Assembly: GCF_001447785.1 (NCBI RefSeq)
Contig: NW_015168777.1
Coordinates: forward strand, 62,001-119,025
Reading direction: 5' to 3'
DNA length: 57,025 nt
Source of the DNA: Gekko japonicus
Lineage: Eukaryota
The notes below the pieces were generated by a model, which was given only the letters and a program-made list of their open reading frames with translations, made no database searches and was not told the DNA's origin. Positions 11,775-23,893 of this stretch are shown here, piece after piece (position 1 is the stretch's first letter; each line of letters begins with the position of its first letter). The translations under genes were made by a program, and so were the position numbers.

Positions 11775-12707
11775 ATGGAAAACCACACCATGGTCACTGA
11801 ATTCATCTTGGTAGGGTTTATGGGAAAGGCAGAAACACAATCAGTTCTATTTGTTCTCTTCTTGATAATGTACGATATCACATTGATGGGTAACCTTGGC
11901 ATGATTCTTATAATTAATGCAGACTCCAAACTTCATACCCCTATGTATTTCTTCCTGAAGAACTTATCTTTCTTGGACATTTGCTATTCCTCAGTCATCA
12001 CTCCCAAGGCTATGCTGAGCTTTGCAACGGGGGACAAGACCATTTCCTACAATGGGTGTGCAACCCAGATGTTCTTCTTCTGTCTTTTCGGGACCACTGA
12101 GGCCTTCTTTCTGGCTGTGATGGCATACGATCGGTTCATTGCTGTCTGCAACCCACTGCTTTACCATGTCATTATGTCCAAGAAGACCTGTTGTCTCCTG
12201 GTAGCTGTATCATATTTTTTTGGTTGTGTCAATTGCTGCACCCAAACTGGCTTCACATTCACATTGTCCTTTTGCACACCAACTGAAATAAATCACTTCC
12301 TTTGTGATGTCCCAGCTGTCATGAAGGCCTCCTGTTCGGTTACTTTTGTGAATGAAATTGTGCTGCTAGTGGTATGTGGGTTAATCATTGTGACCACAGG
12401 CACAATTGTCCTTGTATCATACGGCTACATTGTTGCCACCATCTTACACATACCTTCAGGCAAAGGAAGGCACAAAGCTTTCTCAACATGCACTTCCCAT
12501 CTGATGGCAGTCAGCTTGTTCTTCGGGACAGTTTTCTTTATGTATGCCCAACCTGGAGCCCTTTCCTCTCCCAATCGGGGGAAAGTAGTGTCAGTCTTTT
12601 ACACAGTGGTCATCCCCATGTTGAATCCCATCATCTACAGCCTGAGGAATGTGGAGGTGAAAGAGGCTGTCATCAGACAATTCAGAAAGAAAGTCTTTTC
12701 CTATTGA
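11775..12707 (+). CDS. Olfactory receptor, OR9S/Olfr12-like, recent paralog of 4031-4963 (310 aa)
   Basis: Open ORF from ATG 11775 with the same motifs; 7 amino-acid differences from the first copy. Confidence 0.95.
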   Translation: MENHTMVTEFILVGFMGKAETQSVLFVLFLIMYDITLMGNLGMILIINADSKLHTPMYFFLKNLSFLDICYSSVITPKAMLSFATGDKTISYNGCATQMFFFCLFGTTEAFFLAVMAYDRFIAVCNPLLYHVIMSKKTCCLLVAVSYFFGCVNCCTQTGFTFTLSFCTPTEINHFLCDVPAVMKASCSVTFVNEIVLLVVCGLIIVTTGTIVLVSYGYIVATILHIPSGKGRHKAFSTCTSHLMAVSLFFGTVFFMYAQPGALSSPNRGKVVSVFYTVVIPMLNPIIYSLRNVEVKEAVIRQFRKKVFSY

Positions 12708-12811
12708 AACAAATGTTTTTAATGGTATGATTAGTTCCCAATCATTTTCTGCCCAGCTTAGTCAAAATTAGATGCAACCCACACAAACTGCTAAATCCCA
12801 CTGAAGCTAAT

Positions 12812-13425
12812 TTGTTGTTGTTCAGTCACACAGTCGAGTCCGACTCTTCGCGACCCCATGGACCAGCTCCCGCCAGGCCCTCCTGTCTTCCGCTGTCCTC
12901 AGAAGTTTGCTCAATTTCATGTCTGTTGCATCTATGACACTGTCTAACCATCTCATCCTTTGCCGTCCCCTTCTTCTTTGACCTTCAATCTTTCCCAGCA
13001 TCAGGGTCTTCTCCAGTGAGTGCTCCCTTCTCATTTGGTGGCCAAAGTATTTGAGCTTCAGTTTCATTATCTGGCCTTCCAGGGAACAGTCAGGGTTGAT
13101 TTCTTTGAGGATTGACTGATTTGTTCTTCTTGCAGTCCAAGGGACTCTCAAGAGTCTTCTCCAGCACCATAATTCAAAAGAATCTATTCTTCGGCGCTCG
13201 GCCTTCCTTATAGTCCAACTCTCACAGCCATACATGACTACTGGGAATACCATTGCTTTGACCATGAGGACTTTTGTTGGCAGGGTGATGTCTCTACTTT
13301 GTATCATGCTGTTTAGGTTCGCCATCACTTTCCTCCCAAGGAGCAGGCGTCTTTTAATTTCATGGCTGCTGTCACAGTTTTTGGTGATCTGGGATCCCAG
13401 GAACGTGAAGTCTGTCACTACTACT
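12812..13425 (-). mobile_element. BovB (RTE) LINE, 5'-truncated
   Basis: 198-aa open C-terminal ORF (EIKRRLLLGRK..VFPVVMYGCESWT..ELWCWRRLLRVPWTARR), (CAA)n tail, TSD actg[a/c]agctaat; absent from copy A. Confidence 0.95.
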
Positions 13426-13811
13426 ACTGCAGCTAATAGGATATTCTAAATGTGATCAGGATTGTAGCCAGTGGGACACAAATGCTTTAGTAGACAATGG
13501 ATAAATATGATCTTCCTTTTTACCATTTGACATCTTCAGAATTGTACTCAGCACTGGGTGAATGCACTTCCATCCAAACCATCTGGTGTAGCATTTTAAT
13601 GTTAGCTTCCATACTGCATGCAAAGTTCTGTTCATATGTATATCTTTCTGTCTTGTATATTGCCATTGTGCTCCAGAAAGTTATGTATTTAATTCAATCC
13701 ATGGAATTAAAAGTTGCTTGCATTGTCTTTCTTTGAAAAAAAGGGAAACACAACATGAATTCCTGGATGTAATGTCATTGATAATCAAATTTATGAGTGT
13801 GTCCTCTAGAA

Positions 13812-14090
13812 CAGTAGTAGAAGAGAAGAGATTGGATTTATTCCCTGCCCCTCACTTGGATTCTGAGAGCAGTTTATAATCTCCTTTCTTTCCCTTTCCC
13901 CACAACAGACACCCTATGAGGTAGGTGGGGCTGAGAAAGCTCTTTGAGAACTGCTCTTGAGAGAACAGCTCTGACAGAACTGTGGCCTGCCCAGGGTCAC
14001 CCAGCAGCTGCATGTGGTGGAGTGGTGAATCAAACCCAGTTCTCCCAGATTAGTCTGTGTTCCTAATTGTTTCACCGAACTGGCTCTCTA
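13812..14090 (-). mobile_element. Squam3-like SINE, copy-B specific
   Basis: Same family; absent at the copy A site ~7196. Confidence 0.85.
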
Positions 14091-14567
14091 TACCAAACCA
14101 GTATACCAAACTGACCCAAAGGACAAGTGAGAACCTATGAAACTTGTGGGGGCAGGAATTCACATACTACCCTTCCTGCAGTTGTGCCACCACCACCACC
14201 CATCCCTCCCTTCTGATGGATTTAGGGTACAGGCCTTCAGATTCATGGCCACCTCACAGTAATCTTCTCTCAGTAACCCTCCCTACACCCAGAAGGAGCC
14301 CCAGAAGCTCCTGGTGGTTGGAAAGCTTCCATGTCCTGAGCGCCTATCCAGGCACTCAGCTGGGTGTTCTCTCATTGGTCAATGCTCATGGCAGTTTGCC
14401 AGGCCTCCTGCCACTGCATTCTGCAATGGGAAGTGGGCACAACAATGGTGGAGAGCTGGGAACTTCCCAGGGAAAGGTTGGTAGCATGCACATGTGGGAG
14501 CTGTATGCTGCTCCCAGGAGGGTGAGTGGCAGCAGGGCCAGCCAGACCAATACAATGTGCAGCTTCT

Positions 14568-14842
14568 GAAGAAGATAGAAGAGATTGGATTTCTACCCCA
14601 CCAGTATCCAAAGGAGTCTCAGAGTGGTTTACAATCCCTTTCCCTTCCCCTCCCCACAACAGATACCTTGTGAGGTAGGTGGGGCTGAGAGAGCTCTCTT
14701 GAGAACTGCCCTTGAGGGAACAGCTCTGAAAGAATTTGTGACTGACCCAAGATCACACCAGCAGCTGCATGTAAAGGAGTGGTGAATCAAGCCTGGTTCT
14801 CCCAAATAAAAGTCTGTGGTCTTAACCACTACACCAAACTGG
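14568..14842 (-). mobile_element. Squam3-like SINE, full length (same insertion as the truncated 7704-7880 copy)
   Basis: Reverse complement of the 15365 family, at the same flanking site as the copy-A SINE. Confidence 0.85.
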
Positions 14843-15364
14843 GCTTTCATATTGTGACCCCAAGGCTGCAGTCCAATCATAGCCCTTGTGATGCTGGCGG
14901 CAGTTCCCTAGTGAGCCTTGGAGGCTGGCCAGCCAGAGCTCATCTCATTGAGAGGAGCCCACCTTTCCACTTCTCTGCTCAGCCCCATTCTCACTGCTGT
15001 TCTGCCCACCCATCTGTGGCAACTGTGACTGTGGCAGCAGGGAGGTGGCAGCCCCTGCCCTCGGCAGCAACACTCCGCCTTCAAACTTTCACCTCATTCA
15101 GCAAGAAGGGTGGACATCACTGGTGGTCAGAGAAGCATTGTGCAGATATTAGTACTCTGTGGTGGGGGCGGGGATGTAACTCCTCATTTTTCAAAGTTTT
15201 CATCCCCCCCCCCGCAAACCTGGGTTTTTAAAACGGTCTGTTGCCCCAAGGCTATTCCTTTATTCCTTACTTTGTTTTGAGTATAGTGGTGCACTCTCAA
15301 CAGCCTGGTGGTCTTAACTTGCATAGCTTTTCTTTCTCCAGCTGTGCTCAAAAATTCTATGCTT

Positions 15365-15650
15365 GCCTGTTTGGTGTAGTGGTTAAGTGTGCGGACTCTA
15401 ATCTGGGAGAACCGGGTTTGATTCCCCACTCCTCCACTTGCACCTGCTGATGTGACCTTGGGTCAGTCACAAGCTCTGGCACAGCTGTCCTTGAAAAAGA
15501 GCAGTTTGTGTCAGAGTTCTCTCAGCCCTACCCACCTCACAGGGTGTCTGTTGTGGGGAGGGGAAGGGAAAAGAGTTTGTAAGCCGCTCTGAGACTCCAA
15601 GTGAAGGGCGGGGTATAAATCCAATCTCTTCTCTTCTTCTTCTTCTTCTA
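15365..15650 (+). mobile_element. tRNA-derived Squam3-like SINE, full length
   Basis: A box tggtgtagtgg, B box ggtttgattccc, CORE-like tgtgaccttgggtcagtcac, (TTC)n tail. Confidence 0.88.
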
Positions 15651-16119
15651 AAAAATACCCTCTTTTGCTCTTTGTGTGGGCACTGGCATGTCACAGGGAG
15701 GACAGTAACTCATCACATCCTCCAAACCATGACTGTGTTAAAAAACAGAACCAAATAATTTTCAAAACCCACTACAGTACCGAGAATGGAGGTACAGTTC
15801 TCAAAAGAGAAAGGAGCAATGTTTCCTAAGAAACGGAAATACAATGCAAGCTACTGACATGGGGAAAATACAGCTCCCATGGTCCTTTGTGAAATTATAC
15901 CTGTGTTATACTGTTGACATGCCTGCACACAGGCCAATTGTGTGTACGTGTTTTTACGCTAGATGTGTATGTGTCTGGTGAATTCTGATGAATGGCTCGG
16001 GGAACATATGATCTGATGGGGAGGGGGTTCTCTATGACTGGTGATTGCACCGTGAATTCAACTCTGAATATAAGATAACCCCTCCACCTTAAAAGTGAGA
16101 GGTGGTAGAAATCTCACTA

Positions 16120-16907
16120 GTCTAGCCTCGAGGCTAGACTACTGCAACGCTCTCTACATGGGGCTGCCTTTGTTGCTGATTCGGAGGCTGCAGCTAGTGC
16201 AGAATGTGGCGGCCAGGCTGGTTGCAGGTGCCTCGAAATGGGACCACATCCAGCCTGTGCTGAAAGCGCTGCACTGGCTGCCTATAGCATTCCGGATTCA
16301 CTTCAAGGTGCTGGTGCTTACCTTTAAAGCCCTACATGGCCAGGGTCCGGCATACCTGAGGGACCGCCTTTTCCCGCACAGGTCCCAGGGAGCACTACGG
16401 TCGGGGTCGTAACATCGTCTTGCGACCCCGGGCCCCAAAGAGGCCAGGCTTGCTGCCACGAGGGCTAGGTCCTTTTCGGTGGCGGCTCCTATCTGGTGGA
16501 ACGAGCTCCCGGAGGAGATCAGGGCCCTGCGGGACCTGTTACAGTTCCGCAGGGCCTGCAAGACGGAGCTCTTCCACCAGGCTTTTGAATAGGAGCCGCC
16601 GCCACCACCACTACCATCAATGAAGGCCAGAACAGCAGCACCGATGGCTGAGTGGCCAAGGAACATCGGTGGGCCACATCATCCTCCCTTTGCCCCAAGG
16701 GCAGGTGCAATAGGGAGAGAGGTGTTTGTCATGCAGGATCCTTGGGCGTCGCCCATTGTATTAAATTGTTTAAATGTTTTACTGTGTTTTATCGCACTGA
16801 GTGCCATATTGTGAATTACGGTGCTGCATTGCACCCTATATTGTAAGCTGCCTTGAGCCCGCACGCGGGGAGGGCGGGGTATAAATAAAATTAAATAAAT
16901 AAATAAA
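16120..16907 (+). mobile_element. L2-clade LINE 3' portion, CpG-rich (probably young)
   Basis: SRLDYCNALYMGLP..LQLVQNVAARL..LHWLPIAFRIHFKVLVLTFKAL; (TAAA)n tail. Confidence 0.92.
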
Positions 16908-18865
16908 CTCAAATCTGCATTTGCATTTTTAAATTGGTTTCATGCTTCTGTGACACAGCTGCAGAGACAGTGAGTAATGAGAGCCAGCAGATGCCAAGAA
17001 AATCCTTAGTAGGAGACGTAGAGCATGAGGTAAGAATGTAAAAACCTTGATTACTCACACTTGAAAAAGAACAAATGAATAATAATTCATTTTTTTGTAA
17101 TTTATTTGTAAAATTGCTCCAAGTATAAAGCGACCTGATGAAGCATTGAGTGAAACAGATTGTGTACCTGGGAAATCTGTAGTCGCATGACAATTGTTGG
17201 AAGCAGCAACAGCACTGTATGATGTAAAATAAAGAAACAAAAAGAAGCACCAGCAAATTTGTGGACTATAACTGGACTTGAATCAATTTTTCACAGTGAA
17301 CATTGGCGAAGTACAACCTTGGTTGAGTCACTATGGTCCATTTGTGGCTGGACCTTATTTGTGACTGGCAAGGAGGATGTTATCTGAACTATATTCAAAC
17401 ATCCCTCATAAAAATATTATGTACAAAAAAGTTTAGTTATCATATAGAACTGTACCATGTATGCAAATATATGACCTCTTTTTTTCTTGATGGCAGACCT
17501 AGTCATCCTTTTATGTAAAATAGTCAATGTTAAGGCCTCATTCAGTGGTGTGGCGAATGAACTGAACAGGATGTGCAGAAAGAAAAGTCCTCACTCTCTA
17601 TCATGTGTAGAGAAGCCAGCAAAAAAAAAAAAGTCATAAAATCCACCACGTGTTCTTACTTCTTTTGATTTCATTTTTTAAAAATAGTGTTGCAATGCTA
17701 GGTCATGACAGTTCGAAAATGCACAACTAATTAAAAAAACACACACAATGGTTTTTAATACATCCATCTCAAGATTATAACACATTTTCCTACTGTTAAC
17801 AAAAAAGCTGCCAGCTCAGTGGGGATGATTCCAAGTTATTTCAAGAGTTTAAGGTGATTAAAAAAAAACCAACCAGATAAATTATGGTCAAGAAACACTT
17901 TAGTGATGGAGTCATTGGGACTTGCTCAGTCCCAAAGGAAGGAGGACAAAGTTCAACCAAACTCTTCAGTAACCTTATGACTGACTTCACATGGAAGTAA
18001 CATTAATCTCCAATTATCCAGCATATATGAATCTCCAAAAAGCTCCAGGTTTTCTCCATGTGCAACAATCCAGTTTCGGCAGCACTGTTCACCCAGAGGG
18101 ACTGTATTTCTCTACATTCTGGAACAGCAGGAGTGTTCCTTGTTAAGATGCTGCTTTACTCACTCTCCGTCATCTTTGTGAAATGATTTTTAGGGAAGTT
18201 TGTACATTATTCTGTGGGCAATGTAAGTAAACTTTTGCAAATATTTCATGTTGTTGTAATGCAAGGTGAGGGGTTATACATCTGTCTCCTTTTCTAAGGG
18301 TACACCTTGATTTCTCTCTCATGCAGTGTTTGCCTTTGTAATTCTACATCAACTTATGTGTGAGAGTGGTTGTGGTGGACTTTGTATTTGGTGCATAACA
18401 TTTGGTTTGATGGTTAATTATATTTGTTTATTCATTCTTTTTTTACATTCTGGCCTTTTTTAAAAAAAAGGTGGGAATAATGAAACCCCTTCTAAATCCA
18501 TCCATCCCCGTTTTGTGGGTATTGTTTTGTGTCTCTTTCTTGCTAACTTCGATTTTCCTGTTGGGAACCCATTTGCACAATGCCTTGTGCAGGGAACAGA
18601 ATGGATTATGTTCTTCCTTTCCATGTAGTCATATTAAAATCATTTCTTCCTTCTGCAATTAAATAGTGGTCCACTGCTTCTGAACACATTTATGTGTTGC
18701 AGCTAGTTGTTGATGGTAGATCCTGTCCTCCATGAATTTCTCAGATCTGCTTTTAATGCTGACTAAACCTGACTGCATCTTCTGACAACAGCTTTACAAC
18801 CAATTGAAGTTATATTTCCCCTCATTTCAGTCTACATCTTTAAACCTAAAAGTAACCATTAGAAC

Positions 18866-19005
18866 ACAACATAAGAACATAAGAGAAGCCAATGCTGGAT
18901 CAGGCCAATGGCCCATCCAGTCCAACACTCTGTCACACAGTGGTCAAAAATAACAGGTGCCATCAGGAAGTCCAGCAGTGAGGCAAAGACACTAGAAGCC
19001 CTCCA
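18866..19005 (-). mobile_element. CR1-type 3' end fragment
   Basis: (AACATAAG)2 tail followed by gctggatcaggccaatggcccatccagtcca. Confidence 0.7.
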
Positions 19006-19794
19006 TTCTAAACAGTGATTCACATTTCCAAACTCCATTCTAAGCAGTGATTCACAATTCCAATATTCCAGCTGTCGTAATTACTTTGTAATGTCACATC
19101 TTTTAAAGTAAGTCTTGCCATCTTGAAGTCAAATACTTCATAAGCTACAAGTTTGTAAAGTGACAGCAGTGTGTTAAAATGGAACTGAACAGTGCTAAAA
19201 GTAGTGAACATAAAACATGATAGAGTAAAGGCTATGAACTATGTTTGGCTGAGGCTAAATAAACAAGAAAACAAACCAAAAAATCCCAGTTTAACTATAG
19301 AAAGATCAGATTGCTTTCTGCCACAGCAACAAGTTAGATTGGGATGTAAAGTATGCAGTGTGCAGAAGAATTTTGGACTTCTACACTCCACTATACATAC
19401 CTGATTATTACAAAAATTACTGATTCTCCTGTCATCCCATGTCTCTTCACAGTCCCAAAATGTTGCAAAATATGGACCTCAGACCTAGTTCCCTGTATAA
19501 TTGCATTTTGGAATGAAGGTGTGTGGGAAATGTCATTGACTGTTCTTGATTCTGCAATTGAAAGATTCACCTTTGTTTCAATTTTCTGAATTGGGAAGTC
19601 CAAGAAGAGTAGGGCTGAAATCTTAGGAACACTTTCCTGAGAGTAAGCCCCACTTCATAAAATGGGGCTCACATCTGATTTTTTTTTTTTGGGGGGATGA
19701 CTTTTTCTCCTAAAGTCTTTTTTCAGTCATTCCATTTAAAAAAAAATTAATTCCAGAGGGAAATTCTCTTTTGGAATGAGTGTAATTTTTAATA

Positions 19795-19859
<65 letters not shown>

Positions 19860-19880
19860 AACTACAATAATAATAATAAT
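19795..19880. repeat. (TAC)n-(AAT)n microsatellite
   Basis: Directly visible. Confidence 0.98.
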
Positions 19881-21171
19881 GTCTTACTCAGAATGCATAG
19901 CATGAAGATTTTTTATGTAAAACAGTCTACATCATTCAATAATTATGATTGTTTAAAGTTGAGTAATTTGGGGTTAGATCTACCTAGATTTTTCTCTCTG
20001 TCTTGCCCAGTTCCTCTGTTTATAACAGGCATCGACCCACATGGCTTTTGTATATGCAAGTCCCTGGATCCCAAAATGTAGCAAAGTATGGACCTTTTTT
20101 GCATGGTCAGAGGGGGTCCTGGCTTCATTTTTCATCAGCAGAACTATTGGCTCTAACCACTGTCAACAGTTAATCTACTATAATAGATAGGATGACAATA
20201 CGTTCTTGAATTGTTCAATTTTTCAATGTCAAAAAGTTTAACTCGATATTCAGATATGCTGCATGTTCTACTATAACTGTATAAAACTCTCTACAGATAC
20301 CACATTGACTTTTCTTTACTGCAACACTTATTTTTTCCTACCACTTGGATGGCAAACACTAAGAACCTTTCTGCTAAGTTAGCATAGGGTGCAGTAGTTT
20401 GCAGCCCTCTATCCCTGTAGTACTGGGCTATCTGCAGTTTTGCTTGTGGAAAAACTAAGTGCTATCCTGGGTCTACTCAGGATCCTTCTCAGGTCTATTT
20501 AGGTCCAGCACAGGTCTCTCTCTTTCCCAGTAATGTGTTCTTAAAATTGCATGGCAAAACATTTCAAAAATATGCCAAATAGTATGACTGTAATGCCATT
20601 CTAAATGATGTGTTTTATGTCATTAAAGCAATAAAACAAATACGGACTGGATTATATATATATAATTAAAATACTACATATATTCCAAGTTTTCCCCAAT
20701 ATCTCCATGATCAACCCCCCCAAAAGTGGGGGAAATAGGTTTTCTCTCCTTCACTTCCCGATTTCTGGAAATTTTACATCTGTAGTGGGTAAAGAAACTT
20801 TTGTTTTACTTTGGAACTAGCACTACCTTTCCAGTTTCATTTATACCTTTCTCTTCCAGCACTGGAAGGGAAGGGAAAGATTCAGATGAGAACTAGAACT
20901 GTATATTAAGATTCTAGCTGCTATCACCTCTCATGTCCTATGTGGAAAACTTTAAGTCCACCCCACCAGGGTAACCAATTGCCTAGAAAGGGCGGGAAAG
21001 TCCTATTCATTTAATATAANNNNNNNNNNNNNNNNNNNNNNNNNNNNNNNNNNNNNNNNNNNNNNNNNNNNNNNNNNNNNNNNNNNNNNNNNNNNNNNNN
21101 NNNNNNNNNNNNNNNNNNNNNNNNNNNNNNNNNNNNNNNNNNNNNNNNNNNNNNNNNNNNNNNNNNNNNNN

Positions 21172-21330
21172 ACCACATAAGGTTTTCAAGGCAACAGAAG
21201 TTCAGAGGTGGTATGCAATTGCCTCCTTTGCATAATTACCCTGGTATTTCTGGGGTCTCCCATCCAAGTACTGACCAAAGCTGACTCTGATTAGCTTCTG
21301 AGGCTTCCTGGGCTATCCAGGTCAGGGTAA
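21172..21330 (-). mobile_element. 5S rRNA-derived SINE (5S-Sauria-like)
   Basis: ggtctcccatccaagtactgacc..ttagcttctgag is a diverged reverse complement of 5S rRNA, joined to a Sauria/BovB-like body. Confidence 0.75.
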
Positions 21331-21850
21331 GTCATCTATTAGATGATGCTATTTACCTAACACCATGAAAAGCTTCAGCTGAGATCAGGCATCAGGTCTG
21401 GTTTTGCAGCCCACTGTCTATGATACCTAAACTTTAGAACCAATCTCATTTATCAGGCAAATTAACACTGGCAATGTTAATTCTTATCAGTTCTCATCCC
21501 GTCTTCTTGTTTCAAACCATGAGTGGGATTGTTACTAAACATCCTATTGTTGATAGTGTCCTTCAGAAGTCAGAATGTTCATGAAAATCCCATATCACAA
21601 CTAGTATAAAATGTCTTCTTTTCCACAAAATGCATTGATACAATTTGTGATTGAGTTGCTGCATGGGCCACTGCTGGGCTGCATACAACTGGAAAAAGCT
21701 TTAAACAGTTGAAATTTGGCTCTGATTAAGGAAATCAGTGTGACGAGTTATCAATATATGTACTTGAAATATTATTCTGTACTTAATGTAATATTACTCT
21801 AAAGAATTCATTTTGATTTTTTTTTCAGCTCTACAACAACGTAATCCAGG

Positions 21851-22795
21851 ATGCAACGGACAAACAAGACACAAGTAACTGTATTTATCCTAATAGGTTT
21901 TCCTGGAAGCCTTCGACTGCAGTTAACACTGTTTACCATTTTCCTGATTGTGTATGCATTGACATTAATAGAGAATGTGATAATAATAACACTAATCCGG
22001 GTGAATGTCAACCTTCATAAACCTATGTACCTCTTCCTGAGTAATCTTTCTTTCCTCGAGATCTGGTATGTCTCTGTCACTGTTCCTAAGATGCTTGTAG
22101 GGTTTGTGTCAGAGAAGAAGGATATTTCTTTCCCTGGTTGCATGGCCCAGCTCTACTTCTTCCTGGGTCTCGCATGTACAGAGTGCGTCCTTCTAGCTGT
22201 TATGGCCTATGACCGCTATGTAGCTATATGCAACCCACTGCGTTATCCAGCTATAATGAGTCAAGAGCTCTGTATCCGCTTAGCAGCTGGTTCATGGCTG
22301 AGCGGCTTCTTCATAGCCATGGGGAAAGTCTTCTTCATCTCACGCTTGAGCTACTGTGGACCCAACACTGTCAACCACTTCTTCTGTGATGTCTCCCCAC
22401 TTCTCAACCTGGCCTGTACCGACATGTCATTGGCAGAACTCATTGACTTCCTGCTGGCCTTACTCATCCTCCTTGGCCCACTCTCCATGACAATTGTGTC
22501 CTACTTCTGCATCATATCCACCATTCTCCACATCCCTTCAACCAAAGGGAAGCAAAAAGCATTTTCCACCTGTACCTCACACCTTCTAGTAGTCACCATT
22601 TTCTATTCTGCCTCCTTATTCATTTATGCCCGGCCAAAGGCCCTCACAACATTTGATTCCAACAAGCTAGTGTCTGTTGTCTACACTGTCTTAACACCAC
22701 TGCTAAATCCAATCATCTACTGCTTAAGGAACCAGGAGTTCAAGGAGGCTCTCAAAAAAGCAACACAGAGACTTTCTTCTGGGCACAAAGGGTAG
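21851..22795 (+). CDS. Olfactory receptor, family 6 (OR6A2/I7- and OR6B-like), 314 aa, intact
   Basis: [112 protein letters not shown]. Confidence 0.97.
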   Translation: MQRTNKTQVTVFILIGFPGSLRLQLTLFTIFLIVYALTLIENVIIITLIRVNVNLHKPMYLFLSNLSFLEIWYVSVTVPKMLVGFVSEKKDISFPGCMAQLYFFLGLACTECVLLAVMAYDRYVAICNPLRYPAIMSQELCIRLAAGSWLSGFFIAMGKVFFISRLSYCGPNTVNHFFCDVSPLLNLACTDMSLAELIDFLLALLILLGPLSMTIVSYFCIISTILHIPSTKGKQKAFSTCTSHLLVVTIFYSASLFIYARPKALTTFDSNKLVSVVYTVLTPLLNPIIYCLRNQEFKEALKKATQRLSSGHKG

Positions 22796-23566
22796 TATTG
22801 TAAGAGACTTATTGATAAATGCGTTAATGCAGCGGTGGTACATTGAAAGAAAAAAATGTCTCTGCATGTGAGAATATGCCTCAGGAATAATGATTCTGAT
22901 GAAATGCCTCACAAGTGAGAGCAATGTTCTTTCAAAAATTTGCAGCGCTAATTGAGCCTTGTGCAAATGGGGAATAAGTGATATGTGGATGGGGCAGGGT
23001 AACTGTGCACATTTGCCTCTCTCTCATATCCAAATATTAATTGGTCTTCTGCATAAAGTCTATAATTTTAGCCTCCCTTTACATAAACTGTATCTTGCAA
23101 AAATAAAGGACAGATGACGCAGGGCAGACTATACACCTAGTTGTACCCATGTATGACTTACAGTTGGTAATACACCTATTGCAGCTGTGCATAGTTGCTC
23201 TCCGAGGAGATTGTTTAATGTTTTAGCTTAGTATTACCTGTTTTTGTTGCCCCCCCCCCTTTTGACATTTTTTCCACTGGATATTTAGATTTAGTTTGAA
23301 AGTGGCTGGCCTTGGTTAGCTTGAACAGTTCCTCCCACTCCATCTTCTGAAATGTCAATCCTAGCTGTATTGCTGTCAGGGCTGAGGGACGGGGGCTGCT
23401 CTTTCTTTGTGGTTTCTTAATTTTATTCTTCAGGGTTTTTTTTTTTTCTTATTGGCATTCTGTGGTCTACTCTCAGTGGGGTTGCTGAGGGTTGGAGTCA
23501 GAGCTGTTTTGTTTTGTTTTATTTCTTCTTCTACTTACTTCATAAATTTGTCTTTGAATTACTTTG

Positions 23567-23893
23567 CTTGGACTGCAAGGAAATCAAATCAGTCAGTCCT
23601 AAAAGAAATCAACCATGACTGTTCCCTGGAAGGCCAAATACTGAAGCTGAAGCTTAAATACTTTGGCCACCAAATGAGACGGGAGCACTCACAGGAGAAG
23701 ACCCTGATGCTGGGAAAGATTGAAGGTCAAAGAAGGGGGTGGCAAAGGATGAGATGGTTAGACAGTGTTATCAATGCAACGAACATGAAGTTAAGCAAAC
23801 TCTGGAAGATGGTGGAAGACATGAGGGCCTGGTGTGATGTGGTCCATGGGGTCACAAAGAGTTGGACTTGACTGTGCGACTGAACAACAACAA
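23567..23893 (+). mobile_element. BovB (RTE) LINE 3' fragment
   Basis: WTARKSNQSVLKEIN..LKLKYFGHQMRREHS..RMRWLDSV followed by a CAACAACAA tail. Confidence 0.93.

Larger units (their letters stand above)
8572..14726 (+). repeat. Segmental tandem duplication, copy B (OR9S-like unit)
   Basis: Collinear with 1-7880 apart from copy-specific transposon insertions and small indels. Confidence 0.95.

Noticed and set aside
15365-15440. tRNA gene
   Set aside because: The A/B boxes belong to a multi-copy tRNA-derived SINE.
19776-20081. Poly-Tyr ORF (and poly-Leu ORF at 42135-42329)
   Set aside because: These are translations of trinucleotide microsatellites.
21238-21330. 5S rRNA gene
   Set aside because: Diverged, incomplete, joined to a SINE body and present as dispersed copies, so it is a SINE head.
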